Below are positions 1-10,850 of a stretch of 64,000 nt of DNA, in pieces. Positions within the stretch are counted from its first letter, which is position 1. The number at the start of each line of letters is the position of its first letter. The stretch is from Ramazzottius varieornatus (Eukaryota; Animalia; Tardigrada). The translations under genes and the position numbers were made by a program. The notes under the pieces are model-generated. The model saw only the letters and a list, made by a program, of their open reading frames with translations, did not search any database and had not been told where the DNA came from. The stretch covers positions 4,763,624-4,827,623 of the forward strand of contig BDGG01000001.1 of assembly GCA_001949185.1 (NCBI GenBank), given 5' to 3'.

Positions 1-543
1 TTCCAGAGTATAGCGCCAGTAACATCGGAAGGTCCCTTCGGTGAGATTTCTAGCAGGTCTCATACCAGTCTTCACCGGCGACAAGCATCCGAAAGCTACT
101 CTACTAACCTGTCGCCTGAAGTGAAACTATCTCAAAAAGAAAAACTCATTCGACTTTTCTGGGACCAGTCAGTTTCCCCACTAGGGACAATCTCTCGCCT
201 CTCTCAGTCTGCCATCAACTCTAAGCTTGAACTACTGGAGATCGCCTTAAGAAGTATGCTGGGCTATGAGAACACCGTGGGTGCTCGACTTCAAGCTTCC
301 GATCTCTCTCCTGAAACACTCAGTCCTGCTTTCATGACAGACTGGAGCCAACTGCAACAAGTATGGCCGAGGCACCAAGCTCCCGACCTACAAAAGACTA
401 AACTTTTGATAATAATACCTTCGTCGTTGATAAGTGAAATTGAAGCGGAGAAACTACAAGCTGCCCTTGTACAGTTTGAGGGTATCATGGAGATGAGCTC
501 CAACGATATGTGCATCCTTTCTGCTATAACAAATAAAAATTAG
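1..543 (+). CDS. 3' terminal exon of an unidentified gene extending off the left edge
   Basis: Frame 1 is open from base 1 to TAG at 541-543. There is a possible acceptor TTCCAG at 1-6 and AATAAA at 531-536. The exon converges on the ISPD-like gene. No recognisable domain. Confidence 0.45.
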   Translation, partial: FQSIAPVTSEGPFGEISSRSHTSLHRRQASESYSTNLSPEVKLSQKEKLIRLFWDQSVSPLGTISRLSQSAINSKLELLEIALRSMLGYENTVGARLQASDLSPETLSPAFMTDWSQLQQVWPRHQAPDLQKTKLLIIIPSSLISEIEAEKLQAALVQFEGIMEMSSNDMCILSAITNKN

Positions 544-754
544 AAAAACAGAAAAACAATTAAAATCAGCTGTAAAATATAATGACAAAAAGACACGGTA
601 TCAAAATACAAACACCAAGTACCACGTTGGAGGAAGAAAATGCTGTTCGTATCTGGCACAAGGAAATCAGATATCAATGATTTCGCACGAGAGTGCCAAT
701 TAATGGCACAAGAATTCCTAGCCCGCAAAATATGAACCTCCAACTGAGCATAGA

Positions 755-1855
755 TCAGAAACTCCGACGGTCTTTTACCACCATTGCATTCACAGTCAAC
801 AGATCCCTCTCGTAAGTAACCTGAGAAGAGGTAAAGAACAGCTTATTAGCTGGGTCGAACGTTCTCTGCCAGCTGATACCACAGGCAGAAACTCGCTAGT
901 GAGTTCAAGTTACTTGCCTTGAAATAGCGGTTAGGGTCCACAGGAATCATTTTAACCTGACACTTGGAATACTTTTTCGCCAAAGCCAAGCATTCTGTGC
1001 CATTAGTCAGCTCTTCTTCCGAGGCACTACGGTATGCGTCTTCCAGGACGGACAGCCGGAAGCACTGTGGCATTTCACTGGAAAAGAGATCATGTCTCGG
1101 AAGAGCCTCGGACATCATGCCTTCGGAATCTATCCTGAGAATGGTGGAGACCAAAGGGACATAAACCCCAGCAGCCTAAAACAGAAATAGTTTAACGCTA
1201 CGAACATCCGGGAAGCTCCATTCAATGTATTCTAGTGACATGAAACTTACTCCGTATTGCGAAGCTGCTCCAACGACTTTAAGGCACGTCGCTTCGTCGA
1301 TGAGAGGTCGAACAACGTCATGGACGATAACAACAGCAGGCTTATCCGTCCAGGAAGAGATCTCGTGTACTCCTCCCTGGATCGTACGATGGCGCGTCTC
1401 GCTTCCGGCTCTGATTGTAACCCGTCCTGAGCTGAGGAGGCAATTGTCGTTGAGATGAGCTTGTAGCAGCGCTTGTGTACACTGCACCAGGTGCTCTTGG
1501 ACCATCAAGACTATGTTTGATATCCATGGAATACTGAAATAACCAAACGTCACGTTAAATCAGTCCGAGATGGACAATGCCAATATCATCAACGTATGTA
1601 CTTGGCGAATGCTGTGATAGTGTGGATGAGAATCGGCGTCCGTTCCTCTCCGACCGTTTGATACTGCTTCAACTTTGTCCAGGAACAGGTACCGTTAACA
1701 GCAGCTGGCATGGCAGGCGTAGAACATGGTGCACCAGAAACAGAAGATGAGAAGCGCGAACTGCTTCCGGAGGCTGGAAGAAGCACCGCTACCTTAGCTG
1801 CTACTGTCAAAGGTGGAGAAGCGAGCAGCTTGGAATCCGCCAACTTTCCATCCAT
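755..1855 (-). CDS. CRPPA: CDP-ribitol pyrophosphorylase (CRPPA/ISPD, IspD/TarI cytidylyltransferase family), 4 exons: 1855-1602, 1533-1251, 1175-918, 820-755
   Basis: Motifs VAVLLPASG..RF, KQY, RHRTIQGG, VVIVHDVVRPLI, SEMPQCF, GTECLALA and KVTYERDL match animal ISPD. Splice phases are consistent. Intron 3 is GC-AG. Confidence 0.88.
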
Positions 1856-2867
1856 TTTTATCCTCCAGTCCCAAATTTACCCCTTCCAGTTCGTGTCAAG
1901 CAGCTCAAGCTGCCAGTAATCAGCATGTCAGGAGGAGGTAACCAGCTGCGATGAACCCGAAGGAAAATACGGAGGGAAAGTAATTATGAAGAAACTACAT
2001 AGCGCTTATAAATCCGCCTCTGGAATTCTCCTTTCAAAACTGCAGTCTGCAGAGATAATTGGAACGTCAGCAAGAAAATTGAACATTTTCGGTATATCCA
2101 GTGGCGCACTTTTCCATTGAAAGTGGTTGAACGTGTGCGCCACCTGGGAAAATGATTGTGCTGAACTCATTCGCCAATGTCTCTTATCTGTTTTTTCTGC
2201 TACTTTTTGGCGTTCTACGGATAGGTAGTCTAGATACAGAGTACATAGGCAAAATCCAGGTTCAGAATCCAGATCCAGGAATCCACCGATTCAGTTCAAG
2301 CCCAGGTTTTAGCATATGCCTTGCTTTATGACCATGAGGAACTTCCGCATTCTGGTGCTTCCGCTGATTAGGTTCGCGACAACCTTAAAGCAGAAATATT
2401 TCATGTCGGTCGGTGCAGCAGAAAAGTCCGCCGATGCCAGGCCTTTGGCCGGGAATGATATATGTGCGATGTGCTCCGCCAGATTCTGTTCGTTCGCCAA
2501 GGAGTTCACCGCTTGAACATGCGACGTCGCAGTAGTTTACAAGTGGCTGTATGACTTTGAGAAACATCCGTTTGTCGGTACATCACAATTGCCGACAAGT
2601 GTATCTCACATACTTCAGCAGTACAAAGCAGACTGCCAAGTTCACCGAGTTACCCATTTCATTTTGCAAAGTTAATTCATTAAACAGCTTGAAAATCAAA
2701 AACAACAGATCACAACAAGATGGATGTCAAGGAAAATTATAAAATAATTGGAACCGAAAAGTAACAACAGAGCAAGGATATCAAGATAGAAAACGTTATA
2801 ACCAGGGCGAGGTTTTGGCACGAGCGATCTTCACAAAAAACGCATTTAACAATTTAGCACATTACTG

Positions 2868-5747
2868 TTATTGTCTCTGAGATTCAATACTCTTTTTCAA
2901 CAGACTTCCATAAGATTCTGTCGTCGCTGCACCGGAATTTGAAAGGCTAGAAGGCGGCTTCGCATTGTCCCGAGTAGCACCTCTTTGAACATTCACCGGG
3001 AAACTGTTGTTCACATTCGCTGGGGAACTCAACCGCGGTCGCTCATCCACCACCACCGAACGCGGATAGTTATTAGTCACTTCCGGTCCACGCCGTGTGC
3101 CCACGTTCTTGAACGTCACCACCGGGACAGTCGAGGCTTCGTTCTGACTTGGAGATTTGACTTGGAGAGCGGACTGACGTGATGTGCTTGAAGGTATGTT
3201 ATCGTACTCTGGAGAACCGGACTTACGTGTGACTGTGAAGCGGGGAGAAGCCGGCAAGCGACCAGGTTGGAAAGTCGGGTAAGGAACAGGAGCCGACAGG
3301 GGTGGTGGTGGTGGTGGTTGCTGTTTGGTCAAGAGTGGTGCCGTGACAGCAGCGTGGTCGACTTGCTGCATTAGGTTACGTTGGTTGTAGATGGGCGAAG
3401 CGGGTACTCCGGGGAGCTGGTGGACGCGGCGAATACCGCTGCGAGGAGTACCGGCAAGGAGGGAAGTTGAAGGAGGAAGTGTGGGTTCTTCGGTACTCTC
3501 GATGGAAGATAAGCTGTTGTGCTCCTGCGAAAAAAACACGAAAACAGTTGGTATGGTTCAGTAATGCACAACATACAGCTGGAGACAATCTATGAGGAAA
3601 GCTAAGCGAAGCCACACATGTCAATAAGCCCAATCACCAAGCTGACCCAAACACGAACGCAAAATCTGTTGAACAAGCCTCTTAGGACATTTCAGCACGC
3701 GAGGTGAAAAGCATGCTTGGATCCAGGCACCCTGGATAGCACAAAAGGTGCAAGACGTGTGGATGTACAAGTGCACAAAGGAAGCACCCGGCAGATCCAC
3801 AGAGATACAAACGGGGCACTGGAAAGGTTAACAAGGAACACATGCGTGCTGGAATGTGGATAAGCAGTGGGAGGCGTACTGTGGCCTTGCAGTAACAAAC
3901 GAAGCATTCTGAAAGTACATGTACCTTCGAAACCCGACTGAAAGTGGCAGTGTGGGTAAAGGTAGCGGTCGGAGAAGATGACGGAGAAAAAAGACCAGCG
4001 TCCGCACGCTTCGATCCATCGCCCTGGACAAGTGGCTTTCGAAGAGCTTCCTTGTCATCGACTTTGGTATACAGGGCACTATATACATGAGGAATCTGTT
4101 TAGTAATTTACCGTGCGAATACTTTACTTGTTATTCTAATCCATGAAAGCGAAGTCGAACTTTGGATAGAGCGGTCCACACAGCGCCAGACAGCAGTTGT
4201 AACAGCATCCTTCGTCGAAAGGGTTATCTGCATTCCGAAATTTGCCAGTAACCTAGAGAGCGCTTGCATTAAATCAAGAAACATTATCAATGTTTATACG
4301 TGTGAGTGTTTTCGCCGGTTCGGTTACTGAACAACTTTAAGTAATTGAGACCAAGGCAAACAATCTCCGATCGATCGCTTCTCCGAGTGGCGCACTATTA
4401 TAGCCAATAAAACCGAGACGTGCGCCACTTGAGAAAACAATTTTGCCGAGTTTTGTCTGCCGAGCTCCGATTTTAAGAAGCATTCAAATACCAGAATCCA
4501 AAGGGACAATAGCGATTTCAGTTATTCACAAGATAATTTTAATGTCCTTATAGTTTACTTGTTCGTTGGTGGTCATTCCGCGAGCCACCAGGCTCATGTG
4601 AAAGAATGTCAGGCCCCCAACTGGCAAGGCTAACAAGCCGACGACAACGACCAGCGCCAACCTGCAATCAGAATAGAGAGTCTAATTAAATGACGGATTA
4701 TATACCAGCTAGGAAATTAAGTGCCGGTATAGACCAGCTCTTACATACATTATGCGGGTAAAAGATTACTTTATGCTCTTCTTCCGCTAATTTATGCGAC
4801 TTTCAAAATTGACTTACGTCACAGCGCCGTTTGTGGTCAGGAGGCTCTCGGTGTGTGTTAGAATCCAAAATAGGCATGCCGCAATGACGACGGCAATGTG
4901 CAATGTCAAGACGTTGAGAAAGATGAAAAAATAACGATAGTTGCGCCGTCCGATGCAGTTGGCCACCCACGGACCTACGAGGAAACAAACCGCAATGTGA
5001 CAATGTACGATATCTTGCCTAAGCAGCTCTCGAAGGAACTCACAATGGTGATCGAATATTTCAAGGCAACGATTACAGGTGGAACAGTGGGAGACGCGTG
5101 GAGGTCGGTAGAAGTTACAGGACACGCAGTACTTGAGTTTGACTTGGATCCCGTTGACCACCACTAGCCTATAGGTTGCTGGAACTTCCGCCGGGATGGG
5201 CTCGTCCGCCGTAGCTACGAATTAATCCTTTTTCACTGTATGATCATACATGCCGAAAAAATAAACACACAGAAGGGAGATATAACTTCGTACCTCGCGG
5301 TAGAAATCCAGGGTTCATGAAGGTGGCTGCGGCCAAGTTGGCTATAGCCGCTAGAAGAAGGATGGCGCTAACTAGCGGGATGGCAAAATGATACTGTAAT
5401 GCCAGCTGGTAACCCCTGAAACAAAACCGTATCTTCAAAGATTAACGACTCAATCTGACTTCCCTGAGCAGGTAACGAGGGAGATGTGGTCGGAAAACTG
5501 TTTCAGCGAGCGACAATATACAGTAATTTCAAGTGCAACCGGAAATGGATGGGAATACTGCAGTTAGAAATTGGTTTCACACGAACAGGCCCCACATATA
5601 TTCGGCAGAATTGAGGTAAACTTACGGAAAGACGAAGTACACGGCGGATAGTCCCAAAATGAGGATCCATGCAGCGAAAGTGGGCAAGAGCTGGGACATT
5701 TCACACGTCGAGCTACGATCGAATTCGGAGCTCCGCCACCTGCCCAT
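2868..5747 (-). CDS. DHHC palmitoyltransferase, ZDHHC5/8 subfamily (about 8 exons; one junction near 4160/4095 unresolved)
   Basis: Shows [11 protein letters not shown], the Cys-rich domain [31 protein letters not shown]|[20 protein letters not shown]|[16 protein letters not shown], and a long Ser/Pro-rich C-terminal exon (3524-2868). Start is [15 protein letters not shown] at 5747. Confidence 0.9.
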
Positions 5748-6387
5748 ATTTAATGTTTTCGCAGTCGTAACTGGTTCTGCTTCTATCCCGAGATCGCTCT
5801 CGTGGGGTCTAGCTTTTTTCCGCGGCTCTCCTCATCTTCCTAGCGAACAGTTCGAACATGGACATGGCAGAACACTGTTAATGGTAATTGATGTATAATT
5901 GGTTCGTCCACCGCAACAGCAGGTTCGCACGTACTTCAAATGTCTCTCACAGCGAAGACCAGAAACTGAAGCGGCACTGCGACTCTGTAGCTATCGATTA
6001 CGATCCTTCACCAGCATTCTTGCATGTCCGATAAGCCCTAGAAGATCAAAACAGAGCTTCGCGGCTGCTGGAGTTACGGCGGAGAGGAGTGTCGATGATC
6101 AGGCTGCGCAGCTGATCAGATATCCATGCTCAAGGCCTTCGTTGGATGAAGGCGGGTCGCAGAATCAGCGCTCAATAGAGGAATCATCCGTCGTCCCAAA
6201 ACACAGGTGTCAGCCCGACTGTCCGGAAGCATATGCGCACTTCCGGATCGCGGACGGAAGGAAACTATGATCAGTTTGATCACCTGCACTGATGCCAAAC
6301 GCAATTACGCACACTGCCACTGACAACCTCAAAGGTGACAAAGCTGGGGCAGAAGGGTGTCCTCTTAATGTGTCATGGGCTTACGGT

Positions 6388-7356
6388 CAGTGTTATTTTA
6401 CTATGGCTTTCGGAATTTTAATGTCTATTATGATCATTAAAATTTTCCCTGATGCTACAATTCTGATTGCAATAGGTAAACTTCCCTTGAATTCCCTTAA
6501 GTAATTTAACTTATGCCCCGAACTCCAACTAGAATCATTTTGATTGAGCATGTTTCCTGTACTTGACATATTACACATGACATGACTGGCTGTCACATAA
6601 CAGAAATTTTAGACCAGCGCCAGGTTTCTTGTTCGCCGTTGGAGTTCCAACAGTTGGAGTTCCAGCACCTGGAGTTCTAGAACTTGTCTCGCTCACGGCA
6701 GATGTGGAAGCTGACGAGAGAGAATAATCGGTTACTCCGGATAAGACCACGGTCGACCGTCCGGTCGGAATGAGTAGCGCTCTTCTCCACAGCCACTTTC
6801 TTCCGCTTGGCTGAGCTTGTCTCAGTCTGCGTCTTACGCTTGATGGCGTGTTTTGTCCCTTCGCGGTTTCAATCATGTTCGAAGCTGGAAGATTCGCTAA
6901 ACACAAACACCGAAGTAGAAAAAGGGATGAGGTGTGCAGCAGCAGTAAATCTTTCAGATTTCCGTTTTCTTGAATCAATCTGTGCAATCAACGAACAGAA
7001 CCTACAAACTGGGGCAAAGGAAAATGTCTACGCCCACTTTTGTGACTCTAATGGCGAAAGACCGATTCTCCTGAACGTTATCCGAATCATTGCGAATGAC
7101 GATTGATTTGTGATGCATATCAACATAGTTAAAATGTAAAACCTTGTAACTCCGAATTTCGATTATTTTAATTTGCGAAAACCTTGAATTTCACTTACGT
7201 ATTTTACTATTGACTTGTTCGTTCAATTTTACTACGAATTTACTACATAGTAGAATTCCATCGCCACAATTTTTAATCTTAATTGCCATTGTAAAATTCA
7301 AAAACACAGATTTGAGCCATTTCCGATTACCTACTATGATCATTAAAATAGCACTG
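6388..7356. mobile_element. Non-autonomous hAT-like element
   Basis: TIRs CAGTGTTATTTTA / TAAAATAGCACTG, degenerate 8-bp TSD (CTTACGGT / CTTACAGG) and AATT-rich subtermini. The TIR is the same as that of 35256-35487. Confidence 0.6.
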
Positions 7357-7444
7357 CTTACAGGCCTGACCGTTAATAAGGTTATAAATTCCAGGCCGAA
7401 TACCCTTGAAATGGAAAATAAGAAAGAAATTCCAAATATTCCTA

Positions 7445-9886
7445 CGAGGTAAAGGTTGTAAATTTAGCCGCCCCATACCGGGTTTGTAAAGTTAGCCACC
7501 GCTGCGGTATGTGGTGGCGCACAGGCAGTGCCGTAGTCTTAGGTCGCGGCATAGCCGATACCGCTTTTTAGAACTGGAGTATACTAGATACCGCTCCTGC
7601 AGTCTGCAGGAGGCCGACATCTCTGTAACTGGACCATCCATTACAAAAACAGCACCTCGGCTTTATAAAAACATTCATCACAACACTAGATTTCGACGAC
7701 GAAATACTCAGGTAATATGAGAGGTGAAACAGGGGAACCCGCACTACATTTACAATTGAAGAACTGGAGCATTCTAGGCTTTTTCGCAGCACGCGTCTGT
7801 CTGGCAGGAACACTGTGCGTCACTTCGTGGGGAACTTCGGCAGGTTCATGGCTCGCTGAGGTTTTTCGCTTTACGGAACGAGACTTTCTGACCCGTGCAG
7901 TCTTTGCAGCATCAGTCACAGCTCCGGACATCTCCTGACATTCCTCTTGACTTCCTTTTGATTTCCGTTTAGCCAGTTGAGCAGCTTTAGCTGCTTTCAC
8001 AGCAGCACGCTTCGCGGCTTGGGCTGACTGGAAAGCGGGCTCGTTGGTCAATCCTCCAGCGTCAAGGTTGAGGTGCTCGTTCTTTTCTCGGCGGACTTTC
8101 TTTGCTGCTGCGCTGAACAGCGATGCCTGGAGGGAAGCGGCCAGTACGGCGCCCGGCGCTACTCCTCGTTGCTTCAGTTTGATGAAATCTAGAATATCTT
8201 CTCTGTCTTTCTGTCCAGCAATGTCGACCTCGTCCTTCAGCGTCTCAGTTAAACTACCAAAGATGGACTGATAGTTTTTCGAAGCGGATTCCGCTGTACT
8301 GACAGGACTTTCAGGGCAATGTCGAGTCTTCACGGTGCCGCGAATTACTTCTGGACTAAACGGGAAGAGCCCAGATTTTCGAAATCCGGATATGAGATTC
8401 GGGCCCGCGTTGAAAGCGTGTTGCGGGGGACAGTCTTCGGTATGAAACCACAGCTTGACAAGATGAGAAAGCAGATTATCTTTCGTCACCTAGAACGGAC
8501 AACATGACATAATAACTACTCGTACTTAGATTCCAGTAAAACAGAAAAAATTCTCACTAGTCCTCCCGGCATGTTATGGCGGTATCGAAGGTATTCTCCC
8601 CAAGCTCTTTTGACTTGTCCAAAGACGGATATATCGAAGGGCTGAAGGTGGCCAGTCTGTCCAGCAGGCAGAGCGAATACATAGACGATTTTGCCGGTTT
8701 CCGCCTCAAACTCAGTGATATACTTCATCAGAGTGAAGTTGTTGACGTGCGAGAAATGTCCGTCCACGAAAATTACATTCTGCAATACAATACGCATGAC
8801 GTCATGACTCCAAGCCTTCCAGGATCACAGAAATCAGACCACACGGCGTAATGACATAGTGCGCAACTTGACTTGGTAGATATTGCGTACCTTTGTTTTG
8901 GTCATTGCGGGAAAAACCACCATCTTGAGGTAATTGGCAGTTGGTCCATAGTCCCAGAAGCGTTCACTCCTTGATAGCAGTGACCACCAGTACCATCCAG
9001 TCGAGAACGGACGTGCAGTTTTCCGGAGAAGAGAGCCATAAACGGAAGCTGGAGTGCGGCCGCATTACCACAGGGTAAAATGGTAACCAACACTTTCTCC
9101 GTTTCGTCAAATTGAGAGTAGATCTGCCTCATCCCCTTTCGTCCAACCACCCTGTCGAACATCTCCGCTGTGTTGAAGGCTGACTCATCCAAATTCCACA
9201 CCTGTTCTGGCTCTTCGAGGAATCCTCTATCGTAGAGGAGCTCAGTCAGCTTGCTGATGTACTTCTCCGCCAGTTCATGTGTCCATTCTCGGTCCTTCTT
9301 CCGATTGCTTGCGTGGGTTATCCGCATGGATAAATTTGGATGTCGCTTGAGTAAACGGCGTAAGTGCTGGTTGTTGGAGGCTTTGTACTTAGAACCTGTA
9401 AACGCAACGGGAATCCTAAAATATTCAAGTAAGATGGAAAACAGACTCACGATAGATTTTACTCGCTTACCAAGTCGAATGTTCATTTCAACGATTGCCG
9501 CGGCACAATGCTGTCGGTTCAGAGGGATTCCCGTGTCGGAGCAACTCAGCAAGAAGTCTGCTAGAGCTCCTTCTTCATGAGGAGGAATTTTCGGCTGCCG
9601 TCCGCGACTTCCGGTGTGTCGATCATTCAGCCGATTACTGAGTGTGCGACGATTAACTCCATATATCTCGGCTGATTTCCGCTCGCTCCACTTCATCTCC
9701 TCCACCGCATGCGCCGCTGCTTCCATGGTTAGTTGAGCGTGAGCTTCTGCTGTCGTCTTAAGCTTAGGCGATGCCATTTTTTATTCACGATGAACATTTG
9801 GGAACAAGTGTCACAAAACGAGCGAATTCCAACGGCTAGCTTTACAAACCCCGTATGGGGTGGCTAAGTTTACAACCTTTCCCTCG
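7445..9886 (-). mobile_element. Full-length pogo-superfamily DNA transposon with ~53-bp TIRs and TA TSD
   Basis: TA|CGAGGTAAAGGTTGTAAATTTAGCCGCCCCATAC... pairs with ...GTATGGGGTGGCTAAGTTTACAACCTTTCCCTCG|TA. The element encodes a transposase. Confidence 0.92.
7686..9777 (-). pseudogene. pogo/DDE_1 transposase (psq-type HTH, CENP-B HTH, DD42D), exons 9777-9471, 9395-8891, 8779-8558, 8489-7686; frameshift near 8940
   Basis: Motifs SERKSAEIYGVNRRTL, VWNLDES, FVDGHFSH and HLQPFD. Three GT-AG introns. The reading frame shifts after TMDQ. Confidence 0.85.
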
Positions 9887-9925
9887 TATATTCCTCTTTC
9901 CCGAAGGTCCTCGCAAAAATCTAGA

Positions 9926-10272
9926 ATTCCAGCTGGCTTTCAGTCTCAAAACCAATATTTGTTGATGACTTCAGACCATTTTCATTGTTTCAGATGGGTA
10001 TTGTAGATATTCGCTGCGTCCACGCAGTGCGTACATGTACGTGACGATACACCCTCATAGCGGGTTGTGCAATCCGTGAAACCGGACCGGGGCTGTACTT
10101 CACTTGTACGATGACGTACCCCGCGGACGCGGCGAATATTCACAATACCCATCTAAAACAATGAGCATGATCGAAGTCATNNNNNNNNNNNNNNNNNNNN
10201 NNNNNNNNNNNNNNNNNNNNNNNNNNNNNNCATTAACAAACATTGGTTTTGAGACTGAAAGCCAGCTGGAGA
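9926..10272. repeat. Foldback/MITE-like inverted repeat spanning the assembly gap
   Basis: CCAGCTGGCTTTCAGTCTCAAAACCAAT..GATGGGTATTGT is mirrored by ACAATACCCATC..ATTGGTTTTGAGACTGAAAGCCAGCTGG. Confidence 0.8.
10181..10230. other. Assembly gap (50 N)
   Basis: Run of N. Confidence 1.
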
Positions 10273-10850
10273 TTGGCCGATCCGAACTTTCGGTTTTGTC
10301 GGACCTGAAAGTCCAAGGGAAAATCAAGAACTTACGCACAGCTTAATTCGCCGCATACTTCAGTGCGACCGATCGAAGATGCTATTGGTCGTTCAGTTGA
10401 ACGACCAATTAGCCTCAGTGGTACGCATGTGTGACCAGCATCGGGTTCAGTTTGTTGACAGGATCCGCTGGATCTTCGACTGTTTACCTCGTGGAATTCC
10501 TAAATTTTCTCCGATCATTGCTAGTTTTGCAAATAGGAATTCCACCGTTCCAAACGGCTGCCCCTTGGAACGGAACGGAATTCCGGGAATGGAACGGAAT
10601 TTGGAAAGGAATGGAATTAGGAATTTACAGCCTTAACCGTTAAACCGTATGACTTCCGACCTTTGGGCTTTAGGCTTCAGAGGACCGAGGTCGTATTTGC
10701 CTTCACCGCCGGGGATACCCTTAACTTGAGAGGGCAAATGAAATTCCGAGAACTGAAAGCAATCCAGAGTTTTGGTTCCCGTTTTCCGAGGAATTCCCGA
10801 AGGATCTCTTGTTCCTGAAGGCTAAATGGGCTGACCGCGTTGCTCGAACT

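Larger units (their letters stand above)
7377..10635. mobile_element. hAT-like non-autonomous element hosting nested insertions
   Basis: TIRs TAAGGTTATAAATTCC / GGAATTTACAGCCTTA, perfect 8-bp TSD ACCGTTAA (7369-7376 and 10636-10643), and GGAA/TTCC subterminal repeats. Confidence 0.8.

Noticed and set aside
755-1855. ISPD as a bacterial horizontal transfer (MEP-pathway IspD)
   Set aside because: The motifs (RHRTI, SEMPQ, GTECL, KVTYERDL) are of the animal CRPPA type and the gene has three introns.
2309-2567. Overlapping short ORFs between ISPD and ZDHHC
   Set aside because: No recognisable motif and no coherent splice model.
6571-6987. 138-aa ORF with a 15-bp tandem repeat (GTPTV/GTPTA)
   Set aside because: It lies inside a non-autonomous element and has no domain. 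At most it is a transposon remnant.
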